From: Acidobacteriota bacterium
GTDB taxonomy: Bacteria; Acidobacteriota; UBA6911; JACQSX01
Assembly (NCBI GenBank): GCA_036505615.1
Contig: DASXTB010000111.1
Location: 1-60,342, forward strand
Length of the DNA: 60,342 nt
Direction: 5' to 3'
Of this stretch, positions 45,207 to 54,232 are shown in pieces. Numbering within the stretch: the stretch's first letter is position 1; every line of letters begins with the position of its first letter. The notes under the pieces were generated by a model. That model was not told the origin of the DNA, searched no databases, and was given only the letters and a program-made list of their open reading frames with translations. The position numbers and the translations under genes were made by a program.

Positions 45207-45623
45207 CTAGAGTCGGTACAGCATCCAATATACGATAACGCCGGTGACGGAAACATACATCCAGAGTGGAAAAGTCCAGCGAGCGATTTTCTTGTGCTTT
45301 TGAAAATCTCCCCTGAGAGCTCGGCTTACGGTAATTAGTGCCAGCGGAACAATTATCACAGCCAGAAGCGTGTGGCTGAAGAGAATAGACAGATAAACGG
45401 AGCGAATCACGCCGGACTTCTGGAAATGCTTGGAACCGGCGTAATAGTGATAGGTCAGGTAGGAAATTAGAAAGAGCGTTGAAGAACAAAAAGCTGATCC
45501 CATGAGGAAACGGTGCGCGCTGATTTTCCCACTGCGGATGCAAAAGTAGCCCACGGCCAGAAGAATGGCGCTACTGGCGTTGAGGATGGCATTCACCGTC
45601 GGCAGGTTTTGAATCGGTATCAT
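45207..45623 (-). CDS. DUF420-family membrane protein (cytochrome-oxidase-associated family)
   Basis: 138 aa, four TM helices, DUF420-like sequence (NAILNASSAILL..G...I......HR..M). Located directly downstream of ctaA-ctaB. Confidence 0.8.
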   Translation of the reverse strand: MIPIQNLPTVNAILNASSAILLAVGYFCIRSGKISAHRFLMGSAFCSSTLFLISYLTYHYYAGSKHFQKSGVIRSVYLSILFSHTLLAVIIVPLALITVSRALRGDFQKHKKIARWTFPLWMYVSVTGVIVYWMLYRL

Positions 45624-45629
45624 ATTGAG

Positions 45630-46249
45630 TGTCAGTTGTTGGGTGTCGGGTATCGGGTGTCAGGTGACGGGTGTTGGGTGTTGGGTGTCGGGTGTCGGGT
45701 GTCGGGTCGAGTGTCGGGTGACGGGTATCGGGTGTCGGGTGACGGGTATCGGGTGTTGGGTGTCGGGTGTCGGGTATCGGGTGTCAGGTATCGGGTGTCG
45801 GGTGACAGGTCTCGGGTGTCAGGTATCGGGTGTCGGGTGTCAGGTAAGGGGTGACGGGTGTCAGGTGTCAGGTTTCGGGTGTCGGATGCATCAGTCACCG
45901 AAAAGACTCATATCAACAGATTGAAAGATGTTTGCCCAACACCCGTCACCCGATACCCGATACCCGTCACCCAACACCCGTCACCCGATACCCGTCACCC
46001 GACACCCGATACCCGTCACCCGTCACCCAACACCCGTCACCCGTCACCCAACACCCAACACCCAACACCCGTCACCCGATACCCGTCACCCGTCACCCGA
46101 CACCCGATACCCGTCACCCGTCACCCGTCACCCAACACCCGTCACCCGTCACCCAACACCCAACACCCAACACCCAACACCCAACACCCAACACCCGTCA
46201 CCCAACACCCAACACCCAACACCCAACACCTGACACCCAACACCCAACG
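45630..46249. repeat. giant tandem-heptamer hairpin (GGGTGTC family), about 36 + 45 units
   Basis: G-rich arm 45630-45885, ~50-nt spacer, C-rich arm 45935-46248. It occupies the entire ctaB-DUF420 intergenic gap. Confidence 0.95.
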
Positions 46250-46254
46250 TCAGT

Positions 46255-47172
46255 TCATGCCTTGTCCACGACCATTAAAACCAGCAGCAGCGGCAGATAA
46301 ACGACGGAAGCCTTCAGCAATTTGCGCGCGTCTCCTGTAGTGCGTGATTGGGCTACTCGGAAGCCATAAAAGACGAAAAGCGAACCGAGCAGTAGAGCTC
46401 CCGACACGTACACCAAACCTGTCAATCCCAATGCCGACGGCAACAAGCTGATCGGAATAAGTGCCATGGTGTAAATCAGGATCTGTTGTCCGGTAACGAA
46501 ACCATCCCGGTCTTCGAGCGGAAGCATGCGAAAACCGCCGCGCTCGTAATCCTCGCGATACATCCAGGCAATGGCGAGAAAATGCGGAAATTGCCATAGA
46601 AACAGAATAAAAAACAGAGACCAGGCCTTCAGGCTCAGTTCTCCAGTCGCCGCCGCCCACCCGATCAGAGGAGGCGTCGCTCCGGGAAATGCGCCAACCA
46701 GCGTGCACAAAGATGTTTTCTGCTTCAAGGGTGTGTAAACAAACAAATAGCTCGCCAGGACCGCAAGGGCGAGAAAACATGCCAGAACGTTGACTAGATA
46801 TGCCAGATAGGCGAGACCTGCTGCTGAAAGAATTATCCCAAAGATCAACGCGCTGGACGGTTCCAGGCGCCGCGCAGGGAGCGGGCGGTTTTCGGTGCGC
46901 CGCATCATCTTGTCCGTGGCTCGCTCCAGAAACTGATTGAGGACGGCGGCGGCACCCGCGGTCAACGCCGTCCCCGTCAACGTATGCAAGAGCAGCCGCA
47001 GGTTCATGGGCCCGCGGGAACCGAGATAAAAGCCAACGACCGTGGTAATCAACACCAGGGTAGTGACGCGCGGCTTGGTCAGCTCAACGTAATCGGCCAA
47101 TTGCAGCCGTCCGATGTCCCAAATGCTGGGGGGCGCGGAAATTATTTGCTCGTTACTAAGTCGTTTTGACAA
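46255..47172 (-). CDS. ctaB: protohaem IX farnesyltransferase (haem O synthase)
   Basis: UbiA-type blocks YVELTKPRV and DKMMRRTENRPLP. TTG start; position uncertain. Confidence 0.9.
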   Translation of the reverse strand: MSKRLSNEQIISAPPSIWDIGRLQLADYVELTKPRVTTLVLITTVVGFYLGSRGPMNLRLLLHTLTGTALTAGAAAVLNQFLERATDKMMRRTENRPLPARRLEPSSALIFGIILSAAGLAYLAYLVNVLACFLALAVLASYLFVYTPLKQKTSLCTLVGAFPGATPPLIGWAAATGELSLKAWSLFFILFLWQFPHFLAIAWMYREDYERGGFRMLPLEDRDGFVTGQQILIYTMALIPISLLPSALGLTGLVYVSGALLLGSLFVFYGFRVAQSRTTGDARKLLKASVVYLPLLLVLMVVDKA

Positions 47173-47240
47173 GTAGATCTCTAGTTAGCGGCCGCCAATG
47201 AATGCGGGTCATAGAGGCGCGGCATCCCGCGTCTCTGGAT

Positions 47241-47550
47241 TTTGGACACTTATGCCTCCGCTGGGCTTGTCCCAGCAGAGCAGAAGATTGTTCACTAAAA
47301 GCGAAAAAACTAGAATTATCGGTCTCCACCGGCCTCGTGCCGGTGGAGACGAAGTTGATCACTATGGTTCGACGCTCCATTTCAAATTGCTGGCGATACT
47401 GCGCGCACTTTCACCAACAGGAGTCTGTGTTAGCAGGCAATCTTGGCTCCGCCGGAACAGGGCCGGCGGAGGCCGCCTTTTACAGACTCTCTGTTAGTGC
47501 ACAATCTCTCGCTCCGCTGGGACCAGCCCAGCGGAGGCGTTGTGTCACCG
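47241..47550. repeat. MITE-like composite with ~55-bp terminal inverted repeats (family E)
   Basis: GGACACTTATGCCTCCGCTGGGCTTGTCCCAGCAGAGCAGAAGATTGTTCACTA (47243-47297) matches the reverse complement of 47495-47550. A third copy lies at 59049-59106. Internal GGTCTCCACCGGC/GCCGGTGGAGAC hairpin. Confidence 0.8.
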
Positions 47551-47595
47551 TTACAGTGTCAGTACCACAGTGACACACAAACGCAATTGGGGGAA

Positions 47596-48588
47596 TTAAG
47601 TAGTCTGTTCCCAATTTCCATGGTCCCCAATTTCCATCATTCGGGTCCATTTGCGGCCAATGTTCGCCCCTGGGTATCGCCTGTGAATTCTCAAAGCGAG
47701 CAACAGTGCAGAGGCCAAAATGAGCGCGCCCAAAGCAACGTGAGCCGTAGAGCTCCAGACGTACTCGAAGATCGGCTGAGGAGCGCGCAAATTCTCCTTC
47801 TTGATAAAGAAGGTTGCCGTCCCCAAGAGTGCCTGGCCCACCACCAGACCCAGCAGAAAGAGCGAATGCCGATTCAGCTCGCCGGGGTAAAACCTTACCG
47901 TTATTACTGCAAGCCGCGCGGCCAACAGTACAACCACGGCAGCCCCGAGGATGTGCGAACCGATCCCCAAAGCATTATGCCGGTAGCCCGCGCCCAGTAT
48001 CAGCTGCGCGTAAACGGCAGCAACCAGGCAAAGGCTGATCCCACGAAGGCTGGGACGGTCTTCGGGATCCGTCTCAGACTGCTGGCCGGCCCACTTGTCG
48101 CCCGTTACCACCGCCGTAGAGATCGTTAGGCAAAAGAATGCCTGAGCCAGCGAAGCGTGGGCCATGGAAACTGCGGGCGGCAGGAAGTACAGTACGGTAA
48201 TTCCGCCCAGCAGCCCCTGTAGGATCACCGTAGCCATCGCCGTCCATCCGAGTCTGCGTACCCATCTGCGGGGCTCCTTCACTGAAATCCAGACTGCCAG
48301 TATGACGGTGAGCATTCCCACGAAAGCAGCAACCATGCGATGGCTATGCTCGTAGAGAACCCCGCCGGGCATCTCAGGCAACCATTTACCGAAGGAAAGC
48401 GGCCAATCTGGAACTGCAAGTCCGGCATCGTTGCTGGTCACAAGGCCCCCGGCGATGATCAAAAAGAAAGTGCAGACCGCGGTGAAGCAGGCGAAGCGGT
48501 GTAACGATTTCGGATTGCGGATTTCGGATTGCGGATTATTCGATTTCGGATTGCGGATTTCGGATTGCGGATTAAGTCGTGAAGGCAT
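47596..48588 (-). CDS. ctaA: haem A synthase (COX15/CtaA family)
   Basis: Eight-TM COX15/CtaA-type ORF (YEHSHRMVAAFVG, GAGYRHNALG). ATG 48588 (or TTG 48603). The first ~30 codons are the repeat arm (NPQSEIRNPKS twice). Confidence 0.85.
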   Translation of the reverse strand: MPSRLNPQSEIRNPKSNNPQSEIRNPKSLHRFACFTAVCTFFLIIAGGLVTSNDAGLAVPDWPLSFGKWLPEMPGGVLYEHSHRMVAAFVGMLTVILAVWISVKEPRRWVRRLGWTAMATVILQGLLGGITVLYFLPPAVSMAHASLAQAFFCLTISTAVVTGDKWAGQQSETDPEDRPSLRGISLCLVAAVYAQLILGAGYRHNALGIGSHILGAAVVVLLAARLAVITVRFYPGELNRHSLFLLGLVVGQALLGTATFFIKKENLRAPQPIFEYVWSSTAHVALGALILASALLLALRIHRRYPGANIGRKWTRMMEIGDHGNWEQTT

Positions 48589-48743
48589 TTGATTTGCTCT
48601 CAATTTCCATCTCCACTCGAACCGAACTTAAAGGAAGCTAGGCTAAAGTCCACAATCGATCAATCCGAAATCCGAAATCCGCAATCCGCAATTGGGCTAT
48701 CCGCAATCCGAAATCCGCAATTGGGCAATCCGCAATCCGAAAT
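48505..48743. repeat. tandem 7-8 nt repeat hairpin (CGGATTG/CGGATTT)n / (AATCCGC/AATCCGA)n
   Basis: Left arm 48505-48574 (inside the ctaA 5' end), ~80-nt spacer, right arm 48657-48743 (ends 4 nt before the cupredoxin stop). Confidence 0.9.
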
Positions 48744-48747
48744 GGAT

Positions 48748-49530
48748 CTACTTTCCGCTGAAGCTAAAATCGACTGTCTTCGCTTCCTTGGCAGCCACTG
48801 TCACCTTCTGTTCCATCTTATTGTATTTTTCGTGCCAGGCGGCGACGGTGTAGGAGCCCGGAGGCAGTCCCTTTATCTCAAACGTACCGTCCTTGCCGGT
48901 GACGGCGAAAAATGGATTCTTCACCACACCGATATACGCCTTCATCCAGGGATGAATATTGCACTTGACGGGAATCAGAAGCTCTTCGCGGGCAAAAGTC
49001 TTGGTCTTCTTGGGAGCCCCTGGCCCTTGGACCTCATTCCATTCCGGGTTGTTTTTGGGCATGGGATGAATGTTGTGGTTGGTGTTGTCGCTGCTCACTA
49101 TATCAAGGGGCTGTCCTGTCATTACTCCCAGCACGTGAGGTTCGTAACGGCAACCCTTCTGATCCAGTGTCGCCGGCTGCGTCGAAGCTTCGAAGCTCCG
49201 GTCCCCCAGTCCTTCCTCGACCCAAACGAAGACGTTGGCCAGAGTCCCGTTGTCATTTACCACGACGTCCTCGGTTTCGATGGAACCGCCTGGATGCTGG
49301 GCGGCGCAGTACTTGTCCTGTTCCATGCGGATTTTCTTCGGTGCCGGCTTGGCGCCGGTGAAATTTACTTTTCCAGAGACTGTAGCCGCGGTGGATGCGT
49401 CAATGGCGGCCGCCGGTTTTGCCGGCCCCGTCGCTGGTGCAGCTGTCTCAGAACTAGGCGCTTCTTCTTTTCTGCCGCAGGCGAATGCGAGCGCTGCAAC
49501 CAACAGTAAGGCATAAACAGAATGTTTCAT
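48748..49530 (-). CDS. cupredoxin-like lipoprotein with C-terminal CarboxypepD_reg/Ig-like domain
   Basis: Lipobox (LAFACG). Amicyanin-type copper loop CNIHPWM (C-x2-H-x2-M) with upstream His (NHNIHPM). C-terminal GKDGTFEIKGLPPGSYTV. Confidence 0.65.
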   Translation of the reverse strand: MKHSVYALLLVAALAFACGRKEEAPSSETAAPATGPAKPAAAIDASTAATVSGKVNFTGAKPAPKKIRMEQDKYCAAQHPGGSIETEDVVVNDNGTLANVFVWVEEGLGDRSFEASTQPATLDQKGCRYEPHVLGVMTGQPLDIVSSDNTNHNIHPMPKNNPEWNEVQGPGAPKKTKTFAREELLIPVKCNIHPWMKAYIGVVKNPFFAVTGKDGTFEIKGLPPGSYTVAAWHEKYNKMEQKVTVAAKEAKTVDFSFSGK

Positions 49531-49643
49531 GGCTTTCCCCTTCTGATTAGTAAAAGATCACCCCGCGGGCACGCCCCACAGCGATGACGTTTAATGTTTC
49601 CGAACACATCATTCTAAACTGCTCCGCCACAGTGGAGCAAATT

Positions 49644-49982
49644 GAGTTGCCGGTTTCTGGTCCCCAGTTGCCAGTTCCTAGTTGCCAGTCGCCTGTAATT
49701 TTGAAATCGGAACTACGGATCCATGATCTCACTGCAGAGGCGCAGAACCTGTAAAAGAATCAGAACCGCGCCCGTCAGGGCGCGTGCGGAGAATCTTTGT
49801 CAATTCCCGGCGCCTGCAAAACGCTTTGAACTGCCAGCAACTTAGAAAGTTTACGGCGAATCTTGTTACATTCTCCGCGCGCGCCCTGACGGGCGCGGTT
49901 CTGATTCTTGCTGTGGTTCTGCGGTGAATCGTACTACCGATTGCAAAGTTACAGGCAACTAGGAACTGGAAACTGGCAACTG
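49644..49982. repeat. nested double palindrome
   Basis: Outer arms 49644-49703 and 49944-49982 (CAGTTGC/CAGTTCC units). Inner inverted repeat 49742-49803 / 49862-49922 is about 60 nt and highly similar; each copy carries its own GCGCCCGTCAGGGCGC hairpin. Confidence 0.9.
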
Positions 49983-49984
49983 TT

Positions 49985-52900
49985 TTACCGCGATCTGGCC
50001 TGCTCCTCGGGCGTTAGCTCAAACATGTAGCGAACCAGCAGCCGGGCGTGGTCCTTCTGATAGCTCTTGAAGGAATCGGGCAGTGGACCGTTGAAGACCC
50101 ACCGGTCTCCATCGCGGCGAAACAACCCGGAGGGCATAGCGGTGCCCGGAGCGATGATTTGTGGATTTACGATCCAGCGCTCCGTCCAGCTCGGATTGAG
50201 GCGCTCCTTCACAAAGAGGAAATTGGGAGCGCTCGCCGTCTGGTCGTGAGTAGGATTTCCGGTCGCGTGGCATTTCAAGCAAGGAGCTCCCTGAGAATTG
50301 AAAAGCTGACGGGCCATGAGGCGTTCCTCTTCGGTAAGTGGCTCCAGTGGCTGCTTGAGGTAAGGTTGAGGCTGATGGGACAAGCCTTCAAAAAACTTAA
50401 CCAGCTTGCGCAGCTCATCCTCCGAGAAATAGAAAGTGGGCATGCGCACCTTTAAGTAAGATCGGATTCCGTTGCGGTCTCGCTCCCGTTCTGCGGCCGA
50501 CGATGCTTGTGCTCCCTGGAAGGCCTCTGCCTTGGGCTGCGTCTTTGCAGCGTGGGCACTGGCCATCCCCTTCTGACCCAGATTGCCCGAGTTTTCCATC
50601 AGCGAAGGGTCCTTCAGGAATCGAAGCAGCCAGCCCGGATCCACACGGGCCCCTTCACTGAGCAGGTTGGGAGGCAATTGCTCCTTGACTTCGGCGTATT
50701 GGGGGAGCCCGCTAAGCACGGACTTCTGGCCCGGTCTGAGCGTATGACAGCCCATGCAGTTGTACTTCTGAACAATCCACCATCCTTCCTGAACATCCCT
50801 GCGCTGATCTTCTGGTACAAAGAAATAGCGCTTAGGTATTGTGGAATCCACACTGCCCAGCAGAAAAGTTGTGACGGCGTTGATCTCCTCCTTGTCCAGA
50901 TGGGGATTGGGCATCTTGAGTCTCTCGCTCTTCTCTTTGATCTTTCCAATGTCGTAGACGGCCGGATCCGAAAGCTTATGCTCGAAGAATCCTTTGTGGT
51001 TGTACCACCCATCCTTCTTGGCGTCTTCCGTCAAAAGCGCGAAGTCGAGGCGTTCGAGCGGCTTGCTTCCTTCCAGCGTCAATTCAGTGCCAATGCGTTG
51101 CTCGTCTTCCAATCCGGCGATTTCATGACAGCCGGCGCAACCATAATTACGCACCAGGGCCCTTCCTTTGTCCTTCAGTTTGGGATCGTCCATGAAGCCG
51201 GCATCGGGATAGCTGGCCGGTTTCTTTTGCTGTACCAGGTAACTCGCGATGTCGCGCGCTTCGTCCCACGTGAGCCGCAGACTGGGCATGACCGTCATCT
51301 GCTGCACGACGATTTCTGCGCCGTCGTTGGGGCACCGGCTGTGATCCAGATCGAAAACGAAAGGCAGGTTGTGCCTTGCGTAATCTTCGGGAGTGAGGTC
51401 GCGTTTCTCCTTGGGGCAATAAGGCAGCGTTCGCTCGCGAGGGTTGTGAATCCACCGAACCAGGTAATCATAGTTCGCCTTTTCGCCCACTCGAGTCAGA
51501 TTGGCGGCAAAGGTTCCTCCGATCTGCTCGGATCCTTCGCCCATGGAATGGCATGCCAGGCACCCGCGGGACTCAAACGCCTGTTTTCCGCGCACCGCGT
51601 CTCCAGGCGGCTGAGCAGGCAATTTCGGATTTTGGATGGCAGATTGCCAGATGAAAGCAGAGAGGGCGCGTACCTCATCCCGCTCCAAGCGGAAGCGAGG
51701 CATCTTTGTGTTGGGACGGAAATTGTGCGGGTTTTGGATCCAAACGGGAATCCACTCCTTGCGCAGTTTGTTCTGCGCCTCCTTCAAAATGGGTCCCACT
51801 TTCTTCTGTTGAGTCATCAGGCTCTTCAGCTGCAGGTTCAGCTGTTCCACCTGCGAATCGATAGTGCCGCCGCCGACGCGAAGGTTTTCAGCCTGCTGAT
51901 AGAGTTGTTGAGCAGTGGCGTTGTCGGGAGCACGATCGCCCTGTCGCTGCGCCCGGTCGGCTTCTCTCAGGTTAGCGTCCTTCTTCTCCAGCAGAGCAGC
52001 AATATTCTTTTGGATTAGCTGAATCTGCGCCGGCTCGGGATCGAATTTCTCACGCGCATGGCAGCCCCAGCAACCGCGGTGCAGGAAGAGCTGCTTGCCC
52101 TTTTCCAGCACGCTGGAGTGATCGAGAACCACGTCCAGGTCATGGCACTGGTTGCAGCCGGCCTCGGCGTTGGACCGGGCGTGCATGGGCCAGAGCCAGT
52201 GCTCGTAATGGCCATGGGCTTTGTCCACGCTGGTGGTCGCGATTCCATTGCCTCCGTGGCAAGGAGTGCACCCGAAGCGTTCCGGATCGTGAATCTGCAG
52301 CAGTTCCTTGTCTGGGTGGCTGACAAACTCAGGATGTCCCTTCATGTCGCCTCTTGTGAGTGTCAGCGGTTCGCGGATGCCCAAGTGACAGGACTCGCAG
52401 CGCTCAACGAGCCCGACGTCCGGAATATTGATCTGCTTGATTTCCGACACAAAGTTATCCATCTTGCGCTGCAGGCCGGCCAGTTGATCCGCGGTCAAAC
52501 CTTCGATTTGTTTGGCAAGGTATTCATCACGCTCTTTGCGCAAGTCGGCGGAGATCTTCTGTATGGCGCCTTTCTTGGACAGCAGCTCTCCCTGGCGGCG
52601 TTTGAGCTCATTGAACCGGCTTTCCATCTCTTCGAAAGTAAACTCCACTTTTTCAGTCCGATCAGATCCATCCCTGGCGGGCATCTTCGCTACAAAGGGA
52701 CCCTTTCTCAATTCTTTCAGTTGCTCGTCCAATTTCTCTTTGCGCTTGCCCTCAGCCGTTTCCGTCTTATAAGTGAGAGCGCCCACTTCGCTGCGGGCGA
52801 GCTGGAAGGGTTCGGTCAGAGCGTCCAAGTCGCGTCTGACCCCGGCCAGCTCTTTGTCGATTTCAGCAAGTTGAGGCTTTGCCTGGTCCTCGGCGTCTTT

Positions 52901-53203
52901 TAGCGCTTGGTCCAGTTTTCTGTACTCGGCGGACTGCTTGATCTGATTCTCATCCTTTATTTGAACCGGCTTTTCTTTTTTAAGGTAGGCGTTATAGAGC
53001 CTGACGAATTCAACCTGATAGCTTCGCCATGGCCGATGTCCCAGCGCTTCTTCGTACAACGCCCATAGCAGTGAGCCTACCAGTAGCACCGAAGTGATCA
53101 GGATTGGAATAGCTAAGGACTGGCTTACAATCGGATCTTCGATCGGCTCGGTCGAATCGACCTGGTCCCGAGGATCGTTGGGATTCGTCGGTATATCAGG
53201 CAT
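49985..53203 (-). CDS. membrane-anchored octahaem c-type cytochrome (bc-complex associated)
   Basis: Eight CxxCH motifs (CESCH, CTPCH, CNQCH, CWGCH, CLACH, CAGCH, CMGCH, CLKCH). Several are followed by MP-type Met ligands. N-terminal TM helix and ~200-aa coiled-coil-like region. Confidence 0.85.
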   Translation of the reverse strand: MPDIPTNPNDPRDQVDSTEPIEDPIVSQSLAIPILITSVLLVGSLLWALYEEALGHRPWRSYQVEFVRLYNAYLKKEKPVQIKDENQIKQSAEYRKLDQALKDAEDQAKPQLAEIDKELAGVRRDLDALTEPFQLARSEVGALTYKTETAEGKRKEKLDEQLKELRKGPFVAKMPARDGSDRTEKVEFTFEEMESRFNELKRRQGELLSKKGAIQKISADLRKERDEYLAKQIEGLTADQLAGLQRKMDNFVSEIKQINIPDVGLVERCESCHLGIREPLTLTRGDMKGHPEFVSHPDKELLQIHDPERFGCTPCHGGNGIATTSVDKAHGHYEHWLWPMHARSNAEAGCNQCHDLDVVLDHSSVLEKGKQLFLHRGCWGCHAREKFDPEPAQIQLIQKNIAALLEKKDANLREADRAQRQGDRAPDNATAQQLYQQAENLRVGGGTIDSQVEQLNLQLKSLMTQQKKVGPILKEAQNKLRKEWIPVWIQNPHNFRPNTKMPRFRLERDEVRALSAFIWQSAIQNPKLPAQPPGDAVRGKQAFESRGCLACHSMGEGSEQIGGTFAANLTRVGEKANYDYLVRWIHNPRERTLPYCPKEKRDLTPEDYARHNLPFVFDLDHSRCPNDGAEIVVQQMTVMPSLRLTWDEARDIASYLVQQKKPASYPDAGFMDDPKLKDKGRALVRNYGCAGCHEIAGLEDEQRIGTELTLEGSKPLERLDFALLTEDAKKDGWYNHKGFFEHKLSDPAVYDIGKIKEKSERLKMPNPHLDKEEINAVTTFLLGSVDSTIPKRYFFVPEDQRRDVQEGWWIVQKYNCMGCHTLRPGQKSVLSGLPQYAEVKEQLPPNLLSEGARVDPGWLLRFLKDPSLMENSGNLGQKGMASAHAAKTQPKAEAFQGAQASSAAERERDRNGIRSYLKVRMPTFYFSEDELRKLVKFFEGLSHQPQPYLKQPLEPLTEEERLMARQLFNSQGAPCLKCHATGNPTHDQTASAPNFLFVKERLNPSWTERWIVNPQIIAPGTAMPSGLFRRDGDRWVFNGPLPDSFKSYQKDHARLLVRYMFELTPEEQARSR

Positions 53204-53277
53204 CGTTTCCTAGTTTTGAGACACTCTTCAACAAACTGCGTCTGTCCAAGTGACCTGGGCAGGCATGAAATAGAATA

Positions 53278-54222
53278 TTAAATGTTGAAGAACGGAGTTA
53301 CCCACACGTACTTCACGCGGAACAACTGGCGCAGCAGAATCTTTAGGGGAAGCGCCAGCATTAAGATCAGCAGCAACTGCACTGTTACGATCTGAAAAAA
53401 ATTCATGCGATCGAACGCCGCCTTCAATCGGGTCCGCGTGAAAAACAGATGCGTGACCACAAATCCCCCGATGAAATAAGCTCCCACGACTACAGCACCG
53501 AACAGGGCCACCCACCATCGGTTCTCGATGGTCAGCTTGATTCCGATGACCTCATGAAGGTCTCGATTGGCCTCATGAATCAGCCGATGCGGATCCCAAG
53601 TCATCCCGGGCCAGAACCACATCCAACCCGGACCCCGGATGAAAGTCCCGATCACAATCAGCATGATCCACAGGACCAGGAACCCAAAGCAGAATGTAAC
53701 GATGGCAAACTTACGCTGCTTGAAGGTGTAGTAGCCGTTGCCCAGAGGATTCGGATCGAGATAGGGAATCAACATCAGGCCGATCAGTACAAGGGTGGGC
53801 ATCAGCACGCCGGCAATCCAGGGATCAAAGTAAACCAGCATTTCCTGGAGTCCTAAGAAGTACCAGGGAGCTTTGGCCGGATTCATGGTCAGCGTAGGGT
53901 TGGAAGGTTCCTCCAGCGGCGCATTCAGAGTAATTGACCAAACCATCAATATGAAGGTGACAATCAGAGCGACGAGGAATTCGATTCGCAGCAGGTACGG
54001 CCAGACATGGAGCTTTTCTTCCCATCCCTTACGCCAGGGGTAGGTCTTGCGATGGTGCGTCTTAGCAAGATCGGGGTTGGCTTCCAGCCGTTCAATCAGC
54101 TGATCGTTCTGCAGAGCCTGTCGGAAGCCATACCAGGTAAAAAACGGAATCAGGAACAGCAACGCAACGATGGGGACATTATCAGGGGCTGAAGCGATCT
54201 CCCAAAGCTGATGCCAGTTCAT
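53278..54222 (-). CDS. cytochrome b C-terminal / subunit-IV-like membrane protein
   Basis: PetD-like block NPAKAPWYFLGLQEML; multi-TM; immediately downstream of the cytochrome b N-terminal gene. Confidence 0.8.
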   Translation of the reverse strand: MNWHQLWEIASAPDNVPIVALLFLIPFFTWYGFRQALQNDQLIERLEANPDLAKTHHRKTYPWRKGWEEKLHVWPYLLRIEFLVALIVTFILMVWSITLNAPLEEPSNPTLTMNPAKAPWYFLGLQEMLVYFDPWIAGVLMPTLVLIGLMLIPYLDPNPLGNGYYTFKQRKFAIVTFCFGFLVLWIMLIVIGTFIRGPGWMWFWPGMTWDPHRLIHEANRDLHEVIGIKLTIENRWWVALFGAVVVGAYFIGGFVVTHLFFTRTRLKAAFDRMNFFQIVTVQLLLILMLALPLKILLRQLFRVKYVWVTPFFNI

Positions 54223-54232
54223 TTTCAGTCTC

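Noticed and set aside
45625-46340. ORF-track proteins 45625..45924, 45632..45898(-), 45851..46300, 45858..46340, 45928..46233 with PDTRHPT / GVGCRVS heptapeptide repeats
   Set aside because: They lie entirely in the heptamer arrays. Open frames appear in several frames on both strands because a 7-nt repeat is periodic at 21 nt and lacks stops. They have no start context and no non-repeat domain.
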